Notes: generated by a model from the letters alone, not told the origin. Counted from the first letter of the stretch, positions 1 to 9,500 are shown. The stretch: DNA of 64,000 bases from an uncultured Gammaproteobacteria bacterium (GCA_964449585.1 CAYUZE010000005.1:46596-110595); one strand, 5' to 3'. Program-made: numbers and translations.

Positions 1-244
1 CGTGCCGCACCTCGGTACTCCTGCCGAACTTATTGACGTCATGGAACGCCACATCAAACTTTTTGTTGAAGTTTGGCGGGGTCGGAAAAATTACGCCATT
101 TTAAAAAAGTTTTTTAAAATTTATGTGAGCGGTTTCCGTCACGCTACCGATTGGCGCGTGCGTGCCATGGCTACCGATACGCCCGAAGAAGCCCTCTCGC
201 TTATTGCCGAACTTCGCCTGTCGGATGACTTGACTGCCGTTTAA
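1..244 (+). CDS. dus: tRNA-dihydrouridine synthase, C-terminal fragment (5' end cut by window edge)
   Basis: 80-aa C-terminal region resembles the C-terminal helical domain of Dus family enzymes; ORF runs off the window start. Confidence 0.5.
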   Translation, partial: VPHLGTPAELIDVMERHIKLFVEVWRGRKNYAILKKFFKIYVSGFRHATDWRVRAMATDTPEEALSLIAELRLSDDLTAV

Positions 245-284
245 CACTACACCGAGTAACGGAAATGAATGCTACAATAGATGC

Positions 285-995
285 ATGGGGAAGACGGTTA
301 TCGGACAGTATATCGCAGCACTTCTTTTCGGTATCGTTATTGCGTCGGGAATTTTTGTGACGCAACAGTTAAGCGGTGAATCCGTTCTTTCCGCGATCAA
401 TATCAGTCTCGCGGCGACGACGCTTTTCCTTTTGGGAAGTGTATTACTGCTGGGGCCGCTTTCCCGGCTCTTCACCGTGTTTGACGGATTGCTCACTTAT
501 CGCAAAGAATTGGGGATCGTCAGCTTCTTTACGGCACTGCTTCACGTGTATCTTGTCATGTTTCCGCTCGCAAGAAACGGCCCGTGGGGGTTGTATATCT
601 CCCGCCCGTGGTCTGCCTACCCGGGTTTGGAAGCGTTGATCATCCTGTTTATCCTTTTTCTTTTTTCCTGGAATTTTGCCATGCATGCGTTGGGGACAAA
701 ATTATGGTGGCAAATCCAATATTGGGGAGCGAGAATCGCATTCCTTCTGATCGCGTTTCACATGATTATTCTTAAGTACAAAACGATTCTTGCGTGGGTG
801 ATTCCCGGACAACAAGTTTCCGATATGACGAAAATGCATTTTCCGCCGCTTATCATTTGGGAAGCGCAGTTTGTGCTGTTTATTTTGGTTGTGCGGTTAT
901 CCGAACTTTTTGGCAAGAATGCGGCTCGACGAATCACCCAAGGCGTTGCCATGATTATCGTTACCACCATGCTGTGGTGGATATTTCTTCGATAA
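285..995 (+). CDS. Ferric-reductase-like transmembrane protein (MsrQ/YedZ-like heme-binding membrane subunit)
   Basis: Multi-TM protein with conserved His in TM helices (LHVYLVMF, AFHMIIL), resembling the ferric reductase transmembrane domain. Confidence 0.4.
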   Translation: MGKTVIGQYIAALLFGIVIASGIFVTQQLSGESVLSAINISLAATTLFLLGSVLLLGPLSRLFTVFDGLLTYRKELGIVSFFTALLHVYLVMFPLARNGPWGLYISRPWSAYPGLEALIILFILFLFSWNFAMHALGTKLWWQIQYWGARIAFLLIAFHMIILKYKTILAWVIPGQQVSDMTKMHFPPLIIWEAQFVLFILVVRLSELFGKNAARRITQGVAMIIVTTMLWWIFLR

Positions 996-1070
996 ATGAC
1001 ACTGCCGCTTTGCGAAAGATTTCCCTCGATGAAGCTTGTGCGGTAAATATGCGCGAGCGGTTATGTCGGG

Positions 1071-1322
1071 CTATATCCCGAGAATTTCGAATCGTTTGTT
1101 TTTTGATTTGTGACCCGATATGAGGGTGACAGCGGACTTTTTTACTTTGTAATAGTCGGCAAGCGCTTCAATTGCCGCCATATTTGCCCTTCCTTCGAGC
1201 GGCGGTGCATTGACGTAGATGTGGAGCATGCTGGTGAGGTCTTCTTCTACTCTCGGTCGCTTGCTGTTGGGGTGGGTGATAGCAGTAATCTGCATACGTT
1301 GATTGTACGCCAAATGGCACAA
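1071..1322 (-). CDS. YggU/DUF167 family protein
   Basis: Motif APPLEGRANMAAIEALADYYKVKKSAVTLISGHKSKNKRFEI matches the UPF0235/YggU signature (GKAN...G..S..K). Confidence 0.55.
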   Translation of the reverse strand: MCHLAYNQRMQITAITHPNSKRPRVEEDLTSMLHIYVNAPPLEGRANMAAIEALADYYKVKKSAVTLISGHKSKNKRFEILGI

Positions 1323-1351
1323 AAGCGCGTATTCCTCTATACTATGGCGCT

Positions 1352-1723
1352 ATGAGACGCGATATTGAACAGGAGTGGAAAAGTCGACTGATGCCGGAAG
1401 CGCAGGAAATCTACGACACACTCCCGCGGGCATCGGGAAGTACGCTTGTCCGCATGGTGACGGCACAATTTGTCACGGAACGGGCGGTTTTTTGCGACCA
1501 GGGAGGGCAATATAGTTTGCGAGCCGATAAAGGGCATGCCCTGGAGCCGCTTTCGGCGGTGGATCATTCGGATATGATGGGCGTTGATGAACATGTGTGG
1601 CGCGTATTGGAGCGGACACCGCCGCATAGGGAGAATCTCATAAATGGCATTAACCGGTGTCTTGCGGGTTGTGAAGAAAACGGGGAGTTAAAAAAGGTAG
1701 TGCAACGGCTCTTTGCCCGATGA
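1352..1723 (+). CDS. Hypothetical protein
   Basis: 123-aa ORF in intergenic position; no recognisable motif. Confidence 0.3.
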   Translation: MRRDIEQEWKSRLMPEAQEIYDTLPRASGSTLVRMVTAQFVTERAVFCDQGGQYSLRADKGHALEPLSAVDHSDMMGVDEHVWRVLERTPPHRENLINGINRCLAGCEENGELKKVVQRLFAR

Positions 1724-1730
1724 CGGATGG

Positions 1731-3053
1731 TTATTCGACCCCGAGAATACTTACCACACTCACCACGATAATGACCGTCATGGCTACCGCAAACCCGCGG
1801 AAAAATGCAGAAGAGCCGTTGGTTTTGGCATAAAAGATTTTCATCCCCAAGTTGACGGTATTGGCTACCGCTATTGCGCTTATCGCGTTACTGTAGCTCA
1901 ATGATTTGCCCGCCATGTCGGCAATCGTTATCACCACCGCATCCATACCCGCAACCGCCCCGATGGCGCTCGTGAGGATGACCCCGCTTTCGCCGAACAG
2001 CTGGCGCGCCAGTTGTGATCCCGTGCGGATAAGGCTAAAGATGACGGCAAATTTAAGGGCGGATTGGAGCGAAAATATACTCGTTGCGGCTTTGGATTCC
2101 GCGGTTGTATGCGTCGAGCGGAAGTGAAGCACCGTACTCACGATGATTCCGGTTAGGAGAAGCGCCATAAAGAACAATGAGCCGCTCGTAAAGAGCGCCG
2201 CATTGATGGGGAGCACTAACAGCATAATCTGCACGAAACTTGCGGTGTTTGAAAGTACTGCCGCGGTAACAAGCGCCGTAGCATCCGTCATTTTCTTGCT
2301 CCGCTGGGCAAGGGCAAGGGTAGATGCTGTCGATGATATGAACCCGCCGCTCACCGCCGCCATGATCCAGCCTTTTTTCCCCCCAAACAATTTTTGGAGT
2401 CCGTAGCCAAGAAGATCAATACCCGTGATAAGCGTGACGACGAGCCACAATCGGTACGGGTTGATGAGTTCGATGGATGCAAAGCGTTCAAGCGGTGCGT
2501 TGTAAGCAGACGCAAGTTGGTTCACCAAGGCTAGGTCACCCACGCGTATCCAGGTGTTGGGAAGGAACGGCAGGATCACGAGTGCGATGATGCCATATAA
2601 GACAAACGCATTGGTTTCAAACATGTGGAGCGATCGCACTACGGATTTGATTTCCTGTTTGCGGGAGAGAAGGAAGGTGATGACAAACGTGGCGGCAAAC
2701 ACGAGAGCGATCGGGAATTGGGGGAAGAACAGGAGTGCCCCCATGAAAAACACGGCGATAGCGCCGATTTCCGAGGTGGGACCGTGATCGCGGGTGCGGA
2801 TGCTCGATATAATATAGTAAGAAACAAGCATGATACCCGTGAGTACTGCGGCGACTATCCCCAGAGGATTACCCGCGGTAGTAAGATACCCGCAAATGCC
2901 TCCCAAAAAGGAGAGTAGTGAATAGGTGCGGATACCCATGGAGGTTTCTCGCTTTACGCGCGAGCCTTTTTCATCGTGCTGATACTCGCGCTCAAGCCCC
3001 ACGATGGCGCCCACGAGGAAACTCAACCCAAACCGGAGGAGAAGATCATTCAT
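1731..3053 (-). CDS. MgtC/SapB family membrane protein with DUF4010-like C-terminal domain
   Basis: N-terminal GxxxGLEREY motif typical of MgtC; long polytopic membrane protein. Confidence 0.55.
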   Translation of the reverse strand: MNDLLLRFGLSFLVGAIVGLEREYQHDEKGSRVKRETSMGIRTYSLLSFLGGICGYLTTAGNPLGIVAAVLTGIMLVSYYIISSIRTRDHGPTSEIGAIAVFFMGALLFFPQFPIALVFAATFVITFLLSRKQEIKSVVRSLHMFETNAFVLYGIIALVILPFLPNTWIRVGDLALVNQLASAYNAPLERFASIELINPYRLWLVVTLITGIDLLGYGLQKLFGGKKGWIMAAVSGGFISSTASTLALAQRSKKMTDATALVTAAVLSNTASFVQIMLLVLPINAALFTSGSLFFMALLLTGIIVSTVLHFRSTHTTAESKAATSIFSLQSALKFAVIFSLIRTGSQLARQLFGESGVILTSAIGAVAGMDAVVITIADMAGKSLSYSNAISAIAVANTVNLGMKIFYAKTNGSSAFFRGFAVAMTVIIVVSVVSILGVE

Positions 3054-3121
3054 ATCCTATAGCTATTATAGCGGAAGCAAGGTGTAGGGTAAATAGGGCG
3101 TCAGGGAAGGATGAATGGTTG

Positions 3122-4366
3122 TTACTTTGTAACCCACTTCTCCAGCGCCCGTTGCAGTTCGGGGCTGTCTTTGGCTTCAGATAGGGGAATGCCGTTAAGT
3201 GCCGCATTGAGTGACTGAATGATCGCCCGCGCCCCTGCGGGAGTGCCGTCGGGATGTCCGTGGATGCCGCCGCCGAAGTTCATCAGTAAATCTTTGCCAA
3301 GGATCGACACAAGGTCGGGGATATGTCCGGGGTGCAGTCCGCCCGAGGCGGTAGGGAGGGTCGTTTTTAGCCCGTACCATTCACTGCGGAGAAAATTATT
3401 GATCGTCACCACTTCTTCGCGGCCTCCTTCCATTTTGCCGACCACGGTTCCGGTGTGGAACGAGTCGATACCCGCAAGCCGCGCGAGTTTGGCGATGACG
3501 AGCATCGAGATACCGAAAATTTTAGATCGGGTAAATGCCGCATGCATCGCGCGGTGCCCGTGGATCATCAGTCCGTAGTTGCGGTTTCGTATCCCTTGGG
3601 TCGCGGCAAAGCCCGCGGTCAGTACATCGATCATCAGGCAGTTCGCGCCGCTATCGCGCACGTAGTTTGCGCGTTTCATCATTTCTTCGTAACTGGCCGT
3701 GATATTGAATGCATGGATTTTGGCATTGCCGATTTCAAGGTAATGCTTTTCCTTCATCCTGCGGGTGACTTCATCCACCCGGGTATAGAAATTATCAAAT
3801 GTCATGTTGGCAAGGTTTTCGTCATCTTTGACGAGGTTGACGCCCCCGTCCCATACCTCCATACACGCTTCGGCGTGGCGGACACTGGTAAGCCCCAGTT
3901 TGGGTTTGATGATAGAACCGGTGAGCGGACTGTCTTTCACCCCCGTGAGGTTGCGGATGCCGTCAATGCCGAGTGCGGGACCGGGGAATGATTTGACGAA
4001 TACCTCGGGAAATTCCAAGTCCTCAAGTCGGAGTCCCACGATTTCCTTGAGTCCGAACACGTTGCCCGTGATAGAAGAGAGGAGTTGGGGGATACTTCCC
4101 GCCTCAAACAAATCCAGTGGATACGCAACGACAATTCTCCCCGTAGTTTCATCCATGTCGATGACTTTGGCATGTAACTTATCCCAGATTGCTTTTTCCT
4201 CGAGCCCGATGTCCGTCCACGTGCCGACGGAGGATTCCGCCGCCACACCTCCTGCGGTCTTATCAAACGGTTCACCTTCCACTTTGAGGGTAAAGGTAGC
4301 CAAAATATGCTTGGTCTTGTCGACTTTTTCGTTGAGTGCCAGATAATGGATGTACCGATTTGCCAT
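3122..4366 (-). CDS. rbcL: Ribulose-1,5-bisphosphate carboxylase large subunit, form III (II/III)-like
   Basis: 414 aa; motifs GGVNLVKDDENL (GGxDxxKDDE active-site loop), GLHPGHIP and catalytic Lys region; length and motifs fit the archaeal/CPR-type RuBisCO. Confidence 0.85.
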   Translation of the reverse strand: MANRYIHYLALNEKVDKTKHILATFTLKVEGEPFDKTAGGVAAESSVGTWTDIGLEEKAIWDKLHAKVIDMDETTGRIVVAYPLDLFEAGSIPQLLSSITGNVFGLKEIVGLRLEDLEFPEVFVKSFPGPALGIDGIRNLTGVKDSPLTGSIIKPKLGLTSVRHAEACMEVWDGGVNLVKDDENLANMTFDNFYTRVDEVTRRMKEKHYLEIGNAKIHAFNITASYEEMMKRANYVRDSGANCLMIDVLTAGFAATQGIRNRNYGLMIHGHRAMHAAFTRSKIFGISMLVIAKLARLAGIDSFHTGTVVGKMEGGREEVVTINNFLRSEWYGLKTTLPTASGGLHPGHIPDLVSILGKDLLMNFGGGIHGHPDGTPAGARAIIQSLNAALNGIPLSEAKDSPELQRALEKWVTK

Positions 4367-4373
4367 AGAAATA

Positions 4374-5267
4374 TTATAGAGAGATAAACGGATAATTCAT
4401 ACGGGCGGTTTCGACAATTTGTTCCCCGCGAAGCAATCCCGCTTCGGTAATGATCGTGATGTCTTTATCATACGGCGTAAAGTCAAAGGCGGGGGCAAAG
4501 ATCGAAAGCTTTTCGGGCGCATCGTTCCATATTTCCGACGGATTGCGGGTTTCGATAAGCGACTGGTCAAACGGGCGAGGATCATATTTTAACAACGTGG
4601 AGAAGCAATACACGGGAATATTTCGCGCCCGTGCCGCAAGTACGATGGCAAGACTGCCGATTTTGTTGACAAACCCCGTGTCGGTCAGTAAATCCGCCCC
4701 GATAAATACCGCCGAAATATTCCGCTTCGGATCGGCAAGCACCGAGGCAGCGGCGCTATCGACGATCAGTGTCACGGGATCGATACCCCCGTTTATGAGT
4801 TCCCGCACCGTGAGTCTTCCTTGAAACAGAGGGCGCGTTTCGGTGGCGATAACCGAAAGTTTTTTGCCTTCCCCATGTGCCGCCAGAAACGCGTTGGTGA
4901 CCGTTGATGCGTGGCAATGGGTCAGGTAGGCGGCGCCGTCCCGCATGAGTTTGGCGCCGTGCTCAGCGATTTTGTGCTTTGCATCCTTTATATAGGTCGT
5001 ATAAGTGGCGATTTTTCCCAATAGTGCCGCGGCATGTTTGGGCGAGTCGGCAAACATACTCCGTACCGCATTTTGTGCCAGCGGCTCGGTAGGGCGCGCG
5101 TATGCCAGTGCATCGGCCATCTCTTTTAGCGTCGTTACGGGTGTTTCGGGGGCATTGCGTACCGTGAGGGTAAGGGTATCAAGCATGGCGAGCGCAACGT
5201 TGGTGGCACCCTGAATGTTTAAGGCTTTGATATCCGAAACCACCTGTTTGTAGGGCAGCATATACAC
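4374..5267 (-). CDS. Ribose-1,5-bisphosphate isomerase (eIF-2B alpha/beta/delta-like family, E2b2)
   Basis: eIF-2B-like fold motifs (THCHASTV, IATETRPLFQGRLTVRELI, VFIGADLL); directly upstream of, and co-directional with, RuBisCO as in the AMP/nucleoside salvage pathway. Confidence 0.7.
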   Translation of the reverse strand: MYMLPYKQVVSDIKALNIQGATNVALAMLDTLTLTVRNAPETPVTTLKEMADALAYARPTEPLAQNAVRSMFADSPKHAAALLGKIATYTTYIKDAKHKIAEHGAKLMRDGAAYLTHCHASTVTNAFLAAHGEGKKLSVIATETRPLFQGRLTVRELINGGIDPVTLIVDSAAASVLADPKRNISAVFIGADLLTDTGFVNKIGSLAIVLAARARNIPVYCFSTLLKYDPRPFDQSLIETRNPSEIWNDAPEKLSIFAPAFDFTPYDKDITIITEAGLLRGEQIVETARMNYPFISL

Positions 5268-5304
5268 CCATTGTAGGAAGAAAATTACGCCAAGACAATA
5301 CGCG

Positions 5305-5625
5305 TTACCTGGTGCGGGTGAGGTGGATCACGGTACCCGTTTCCGCGTCGGTCAGCGTACCGGTAGCATCATTAGCGGGCAAATTTGCGATATCGATAGG
5401 TGTTCCTACCTGTTCAAATTTCAAATACACCCGTCCGGCGCCCTTCGCCCCCTCACTGATCATGTGGGAAGGAGCCCAAAGTATCTTCCGCCAGATCCCC
5501 GGTTGTATTTGGAGTCGGGCGGACATAATTCCCCCCGATTCCTTGGGGTCGGGGATGGTAAATTCATCGCGTTCATCGGGTAGCCGCTCTATGTAGCCTT
5601 TGATTGTCATAACGGGATAAATCAC
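5305..5625 (-). CDS. Hypothetical protein
   Basis: 106-aa ORF downstream of the isomerase; no recognisable motif. Confidence 0.3.
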   Translation of the reverse strand: MIYPVMTIKGYIERLPDERDEFTIPDPKESGGIMSARLQIQPGIWRKILWAPSHMISEGAKGAGRVYLKFEQVGTPIDIANLPANDATGTLTDAETGTVIHLTRTR

Positions 5626-5700
5626 ACAAAAAAATCAGCCATTTTCAAGTTGTATGGCATGTACATTCCGCGCAAATGTGACGAGCATTATGATACGGTA

Positions 5701-5709
5701 TGATATACT
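5701..5709 (+). promoter_or_regulatory. Extended -10 promoter element TGATATACT, about 6 nt upstream of an ATG (likely leaderless or very short leader)
   Basis: TGnTATACT matches the extended -10 consensus TGnTATAAT at 8 of 9 positions; sits immediately before the start of the 5710 ORF (likely true ATG at 5716). Confidence 0.35.
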
Positions 5710-6045
5710 TTGGGTATGGTGAAAGAGAAACATGTCTATGCGTGCGCGGAAGGAAGGATTCGCGGTCGGGAACTGGCCGATCTGGCGAACGCGACGAAAG
5801 TAATTTCCGCCCGTTTCTTTCCCGGAGGTAAAAGAAGCCTGGTAGAGTTGGATAAGAGTGCGCTACAGGCGACAATAGCCGAGGATGAAATGGTGGTATT
5901 AATTACGGAACCGCAAACGAGTTGGCGGGAAGATTATGAGTTGTCCGAGCGGGCAAAAGTGTTGCTTGGGAACGCCGGCAGAAAGTGGCGAAGCGATACA
6001 CACGCCAATCTCATCGTCGAATTGGAGTTACGAATGCTTCAGTAG
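5710..6045 (+). CDS. Hypothetical protein (track start is TTG; likely ATG start at 5716)
   Basis: ORF only; no homology recognised. Confidence 0.3.
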   Translation: MGMVKEKHVYACAEGRIRGRELADLANATKVISARFFPGGKRSLVELDKSALQATIAEDEMVVLITEPQTSWREDYELSERAKVLLGNAGRKWRSDTHANLIVELELRMLQ

Positions 6046-6205
6046 CCACTTCGTACCATCCTTCCTGAATCCTCGGGTCGAATGCGCGGGATCGTGTTCC
6101 ACTTGCTGATTTATTTTCAAGATAGTACTTACCCAGAAAATAACCCACCCATTTTCACCATAACCGGAAGAAAAATAATACCGGCGTGTGAGGGGCTTGG
6201 GAATC

Positions 6206-6523
6206 TTATTCTTCCGGAAATTTGAGGACGCCGGTAATAAATAAATCAATGCTGTGAAGCAACTGAATCTGTGTTTCCCTTGCCCCCTTGAGGGGATTTT
6301 TTCCTCTATTTTCCTGACGTAGCTCGCGGATTTGCCGTTGATCCATGGAGAGCACCGTGGTAACAATTTCTTCAAATTCTGCTCTTGAATGACCCCAGGT
6401 ATCAGCCCATGCTATTTTCTCGGGAGTCAGGAAGTGTGTCTGTAGGCGATTACGGTTAGCCTGGATAAAACTCAGTTCTTCGTCCGGGCTAATTCGTCGC
6501 GGCATGCGGTGGGATTCATTCAT
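6206..6523 (-). CDS. Hypothetical protein
   Basis: 105-aa ORF; no recognisable motif. Confidence 0.3.
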   Translation of the reverse strand: MNESHRMPRRISPDEELSFIQANRNRLQTHFLTPEKIAWADTWGHSRAEFEEIVTTVLSMDQRQIRELRQENRGKNPLKGARETQIQLLHSIDLFITGVLKFPEE

Positions 6524-6591
6524 TTCACAAAAATTATAGCATTAATTGGGTATGCGGGTACGTCCTATGGGTGTGGATAGGTTGAACACAT

Positions 6592-6600
6592 GATACAATC
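6592..6600 (+). promoter_or_regulatory. Extended -10 element TGATACAAT, 5 nt upstream of the relict ychF start codon (original ychF promoter)
   Basis: TGnTACAAT followed by ATGAATCTGAAAGTAGG (the relict ychF 5' end). Confidence 0.4.
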
Positions 6601-6605
6601 TTGGC

Positions 6606-6622
6606 ATGAATCTGAAAGTAGG
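6606..6622 (+). repeat. attL-like direct repeat ATGAATCTGAAAGTAGG (relict ychF 5' end)
   Basis: 15 of 17 nt identical to ATGAACTTGAAAGTAGG at 12741-12757 (current ychF start); TTGG is also shared just upstream in both copies. Confidence 0.6.
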
Positions 6623-6784
6623 AACCCTTGTTACAATGCTCCAACTCTTAAATTAAGATTTTTACTTACAATCCCAGCTCCCAACAGAGGAAGAATAATC
6701 TCTAGTCGTAGTAATTTAGGAAGAATTATAAAAGCTCAGGTCCCAGACTTGACTGCTACGATTTAATGAACTAATCTACTGCTG

Positions 6785-6806
6785 CTGCCCGAAAGGGCCT
6801 TTTTTT
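6785..6806 (+). terminator. Candidate intrinsic terminator (GCCCGAAAGGGC hairpin followed by a T7 run)
   Basis: Perfect 4-bp GC stem with GAAA loop then TTTTTTT, immediately before the first element ORF. Confidence 0.35.
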
Positions 6807-7616
6807 ATGGCATACATCGCGAAAAATAAAGCAGTAATAATTCTGCTATTTATAATTCTTAGTCTCTCTGTTGCAGGATGGTACGCATCTAAGTTACCAC
6901 TTGAATCTACTTCAAAAGATTTTGCTATTACGGTCCTTAATGGTTTTTGGACCGCTTTATTTGCCTTTATTTTCTTAGGGCTTTCATCTATTGCATCAAA
7001 AGTGTTTGGTCGTGAACTAAAACACTATAACTCATTGGTAAATTTAGAGACGCAACTTAACGAAATGATTGGAGTTATTAAGGATAATATCTACGTAATG
7101 AAAGGTTATAAAACAGTTATCCTTAAAGGAAATATTCATTGGGGGAATTTAAGACCGATATTTATTGATAAATCTCATTATGAGAATTTACACGATATCA
7201 ATCTTATAAACAGAGTATTTTCATTCTTTTATCAGGTTAGAAAAATCAATGATGATATGGAAAATTTACAGGCTGGTTACAATGACCTAAAGAATGCATA
7301 TATACAAAAACAGATACGAGTTGAACAATATGTAGAAAATGCTCGAAGGATTTGCGAAGTCCTTGATGATTTGGAAGACTTTTCTGAAGAATTGTTCGAT
7401 GAGCTTTTATCCCTGTTAACCCGTGTTCAAATTCAAATTAGGAAGGAAAAACCACTCACCGCAATTATTAATGAAGCACTCATATATACAACAGGGGATA
7501 AGATTACATTGTCAGAATTTGAAACCGCAAAGAAAAGAATTAAATCGGAACTTGAAACATCGGCTAAAGAATCTGCCGAACAAATCGCCAAGATTCATAA
7601 AAGGAGAAAGAAATGA
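6807..7616 (+). CDS. Membrane-anchored coiled-coil protein (2 N-terminal TM helices; K-rich C-terminus)
   Basis: Hydrophobic segments at about aa 9-27 and 48-68, then a long predicted helical/coiled-coil region; AT-rich codon usage. Confidence 0.45.
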   Translation: MAYIAKNKAVIILLFIILSLSVAGWYASKLPLESTSKDFAITVLNGFWTALFAFIFLGLSSIASKVFGRELKHYNSLVNLETQLNEMIGVIKDNIYVMKGYKTVILKGNIHWGNLRPIFIDKSHYENLHDINLINRVFSFFYQVRKINDDMENLQAGYNDLKNAYIQKQIRVEQYVENARRICEVLDDLEDFSEELFDELLSLLTRVQIQIRKEKPLTAIINEALIYTTGDKITLSEFETAKKRIKSELETSAKESAEQIAKIHKRRKK

Positions 7617-7870
7617 AAAAATATATCTTTATGGTCATGCCGCCACAATTTAATACCTCAGCAGGAGTAGAAGTTGACGAGGTAGAAATTAAAACTCTTA
7701 CTGAAGAAGTTGAGATAATAAGAATCCGTATTATGGCTTCAGAAATTAAGGAAGCATTTGAAAAAGCGAAGCAGGAGTTGTCCCAAATTATTACAGTATC
7801 TTTTGGGCACATGAAGAACTTCGATTACTATGCTTTTAAACTTAGATTAATTGAAGTTGAAAATTTTTAG
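7613..7870 (+). CDS. Small hypothetical protein (85 aa), translationally coupled to upstream gene
   Basis: ATGA start/stop overlap with the upstream ORF at 7613-7616. Confidence 0.4.
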   Translation: MKKYIFMVMPPQFNTSAGVEVDEVEIKTLTEEVEIIRIRIMASEIKEAFEKAKQELSQIITVSFGHMKNFDYYAFKLRLIEVENF

Positions 7871-9186
7871 ACAACAAGCCAATTATGGCTTTCTAAATAG
7901 GCTTTTACGGTATCGGGGTGAGGATGTTCAAATCCAAAAATCCAAAATATTTCGTTTATCAAATTGATAAAGTAATCTTGAAATCGCTTCTTATCATTAA
8001 GTATCGAGGTGTCAAGCTCCAACGGATAATAGTAATGTTGCAATAATCCCATCTTGTCGTCATCAGGAAAAGTTTCTCTCCCTGTTAATACTGGTTTGAT
8101 ATAGATGTCTTCAGTGCTCTTTAATGAGAGACTACCTTTTATTCCACCTTGATACTCAAATAATTTATAAAAGTTTGTTGTAGCTTTCATTACAGCAAAA
8201 GTAAGGGAAATTAGATGCGAAATGTAGATAAATTTATATCCAGTTTCTAAATCCAAATTTAGAACATCTTTTGACAGGCGAACAAAACCCGATGAGTAAA
8301 TCTGTTCATTATGAATTCCTCCGTAATCCTCACGCCAAGAGAACGTCATAACCCCTTCTGGGATTGGTTCCATATTAACTGACGGAAAGTTAATGCGAAA
8401 AGTCCTATCACCATCTCGTATATCAGTTAGTCTTTCTTTTATATCTCGGGGCGTGACAATTGGCGTAGGATAGTAAGGTTGTAAAATCACACTAAAAATA
8501 GAAGCGTTGGACCCGAGTTCTTGTTGGAAAATTTTCGATTGAAATTCTGGTGGAGGTTGATGTTGCGTTAGCGCTTCTTGTCTTGCGCGTTTATAATTTG
8601 CTTTCTCAACTGCAATTTTCTTCTTGCGTTCTATTTCTCCTCTGTGTAAAGCAGCTTCATAGATTTCATTGGATTGTTGTATTTTGAGGTTTCTTAATAT
8701 TTCAGCATTTTCTTTTTTTCTTACGAGTAATTCAGTTGCCTCTGGTGATGCTAAATCAACAGAAGGCGTTATATTTCCTGTTCGGACATATATTTTGGGG
8801 TCATTTTGTACATAGTAGGGAGTTCTATCCCCTTCAAATACTCTTATTAAGATAAAATTTCTTCCATTTACTTCGTTTGTTGGATGCACTTCATACAACG
8901 GAAAGGGAGTTATATTGGAAGCCCACTGATGTATTCTTTCAACGTCTTGAGCATTAACAGGAATGCCAGTCCAAGCAGAGGGGACGCCAGTTGTTCTATT
9001 TTCCTCTACGCCAATAATGATTACGCCCCCTCTAGTATTTGAAAACGCGGCGATAAGTTTGGATAAACCATCCCGAGGCAATTCCTTCTTATAGTCAATT
9101 TGGAGACCTTCTCTTATTCCTTCTTGGCAAAAAGTCTCAATTTTAGCGAAGTCAAATGATTTGATGGGTTTATTGAGGATATCCAT
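7867..9186 (-). CDS. AlbA_2 (Schlafen-like, divergent-AAA/putative DNA-binding) domain protein with uncharacterised C-terminal domain
   Basis: N-terminal motif LSKLIAAFSNTRGGVIIIGVEEN matches the AlbA_2/PF04326 signature (AFANxxGGxIxIGVxD); aa 200-439 lack recognisable motifs. Confidence 0.55.
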   Translation of the reverse strand: MDILNKPIKSFDFAKIETFCQEGIREGLQIDYKKELPRDGLSKLIAAFSNTRGGVIIIGVEENRTTGVPSAWTGIPVNAQDVERIHQWASNITPFPLYEVHPTNEVNGRNFILIRVFEGDRTPYYVQNDPKIYVRTGNITPSVDLASPEATELLVRKKENAEILRNLKIQQSNEIYEAALHRGEIERKKKIAVEKANYKRARQEALTQHQPPPEFQSKIFQQELGSNASIFSVILQPYYPTPIVTPRDIKERLTDIRDGDRTFRINFPSVNMEPIPEGVMTFSWREDYGGIHNEQIYSSGFVRLSKDVLNLDLETGYKFIYISHLISLTFAVMKATTNFYKLFEYQGGIKGSLSLKSTEDIYIKPVLTGRETFPDDDKMGLLQHYYYPLELDTSILNDKKRFQDYFINLINEIFWIFGFEHPHPDTVKAYLESHNWLVV

Positions 9187-9221
9187 GTTATCTGGACGCT
9201 ATTATATACCCTTATTAAATT

Positions 9222-9500
9222 CTAATGAATGAAATAACTCAAAAGGTGTGTAATTATTGGGGCAATAAAGGCGGGTCCAATTATCAAGCCTAATACAAAG
9301 GCTAAGATTAAAAGCTTCCAATTAACAAATAAAAGCACTAGTCCCAGTAGTAAGCAAACAAAGGCATTTATATTTAAAATTGAGATAACAGAAGGACGAT
9401 TGAATAGAGTTGGTCTCTCCGTTACATTAAATTTCCCCCACTTATTTAAGGTAAAACCTCCAAAAGAAAGTAGAAATAGAATTCCCAAAAGATAGTCCAT
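9222..9500 (-). CDS. Small membrane protein (about 3 TM), first gene of the operon with the AlbA_2 protein
   Basis: 92 aa, highly hydrophobic; 35-nt gap to the downstream co-directional AlbA_2 gene. Confidence 0.45.
   Translation of the reverse strand: MDYLLGILFLLSFGGFTLNKWGKFNVTERPTLFNRPSVISILNINAFVCLLLGLVLLFVNWKLLILAFVLGLIIGPAFIAPIITHLLSYFIH

Noticed and set aside
3455-4346. Long antisense and alternate-frame ORFs inside rbcL (and similarly inside gyrA, gyrB, dnaB, the recombinase and others in the track)
   Set aside because: They are shadow ORFs of high-GC coding regions. Their translations are low complexity and have no motifs, while the overlapping frame encodes clearly conserved proteins.
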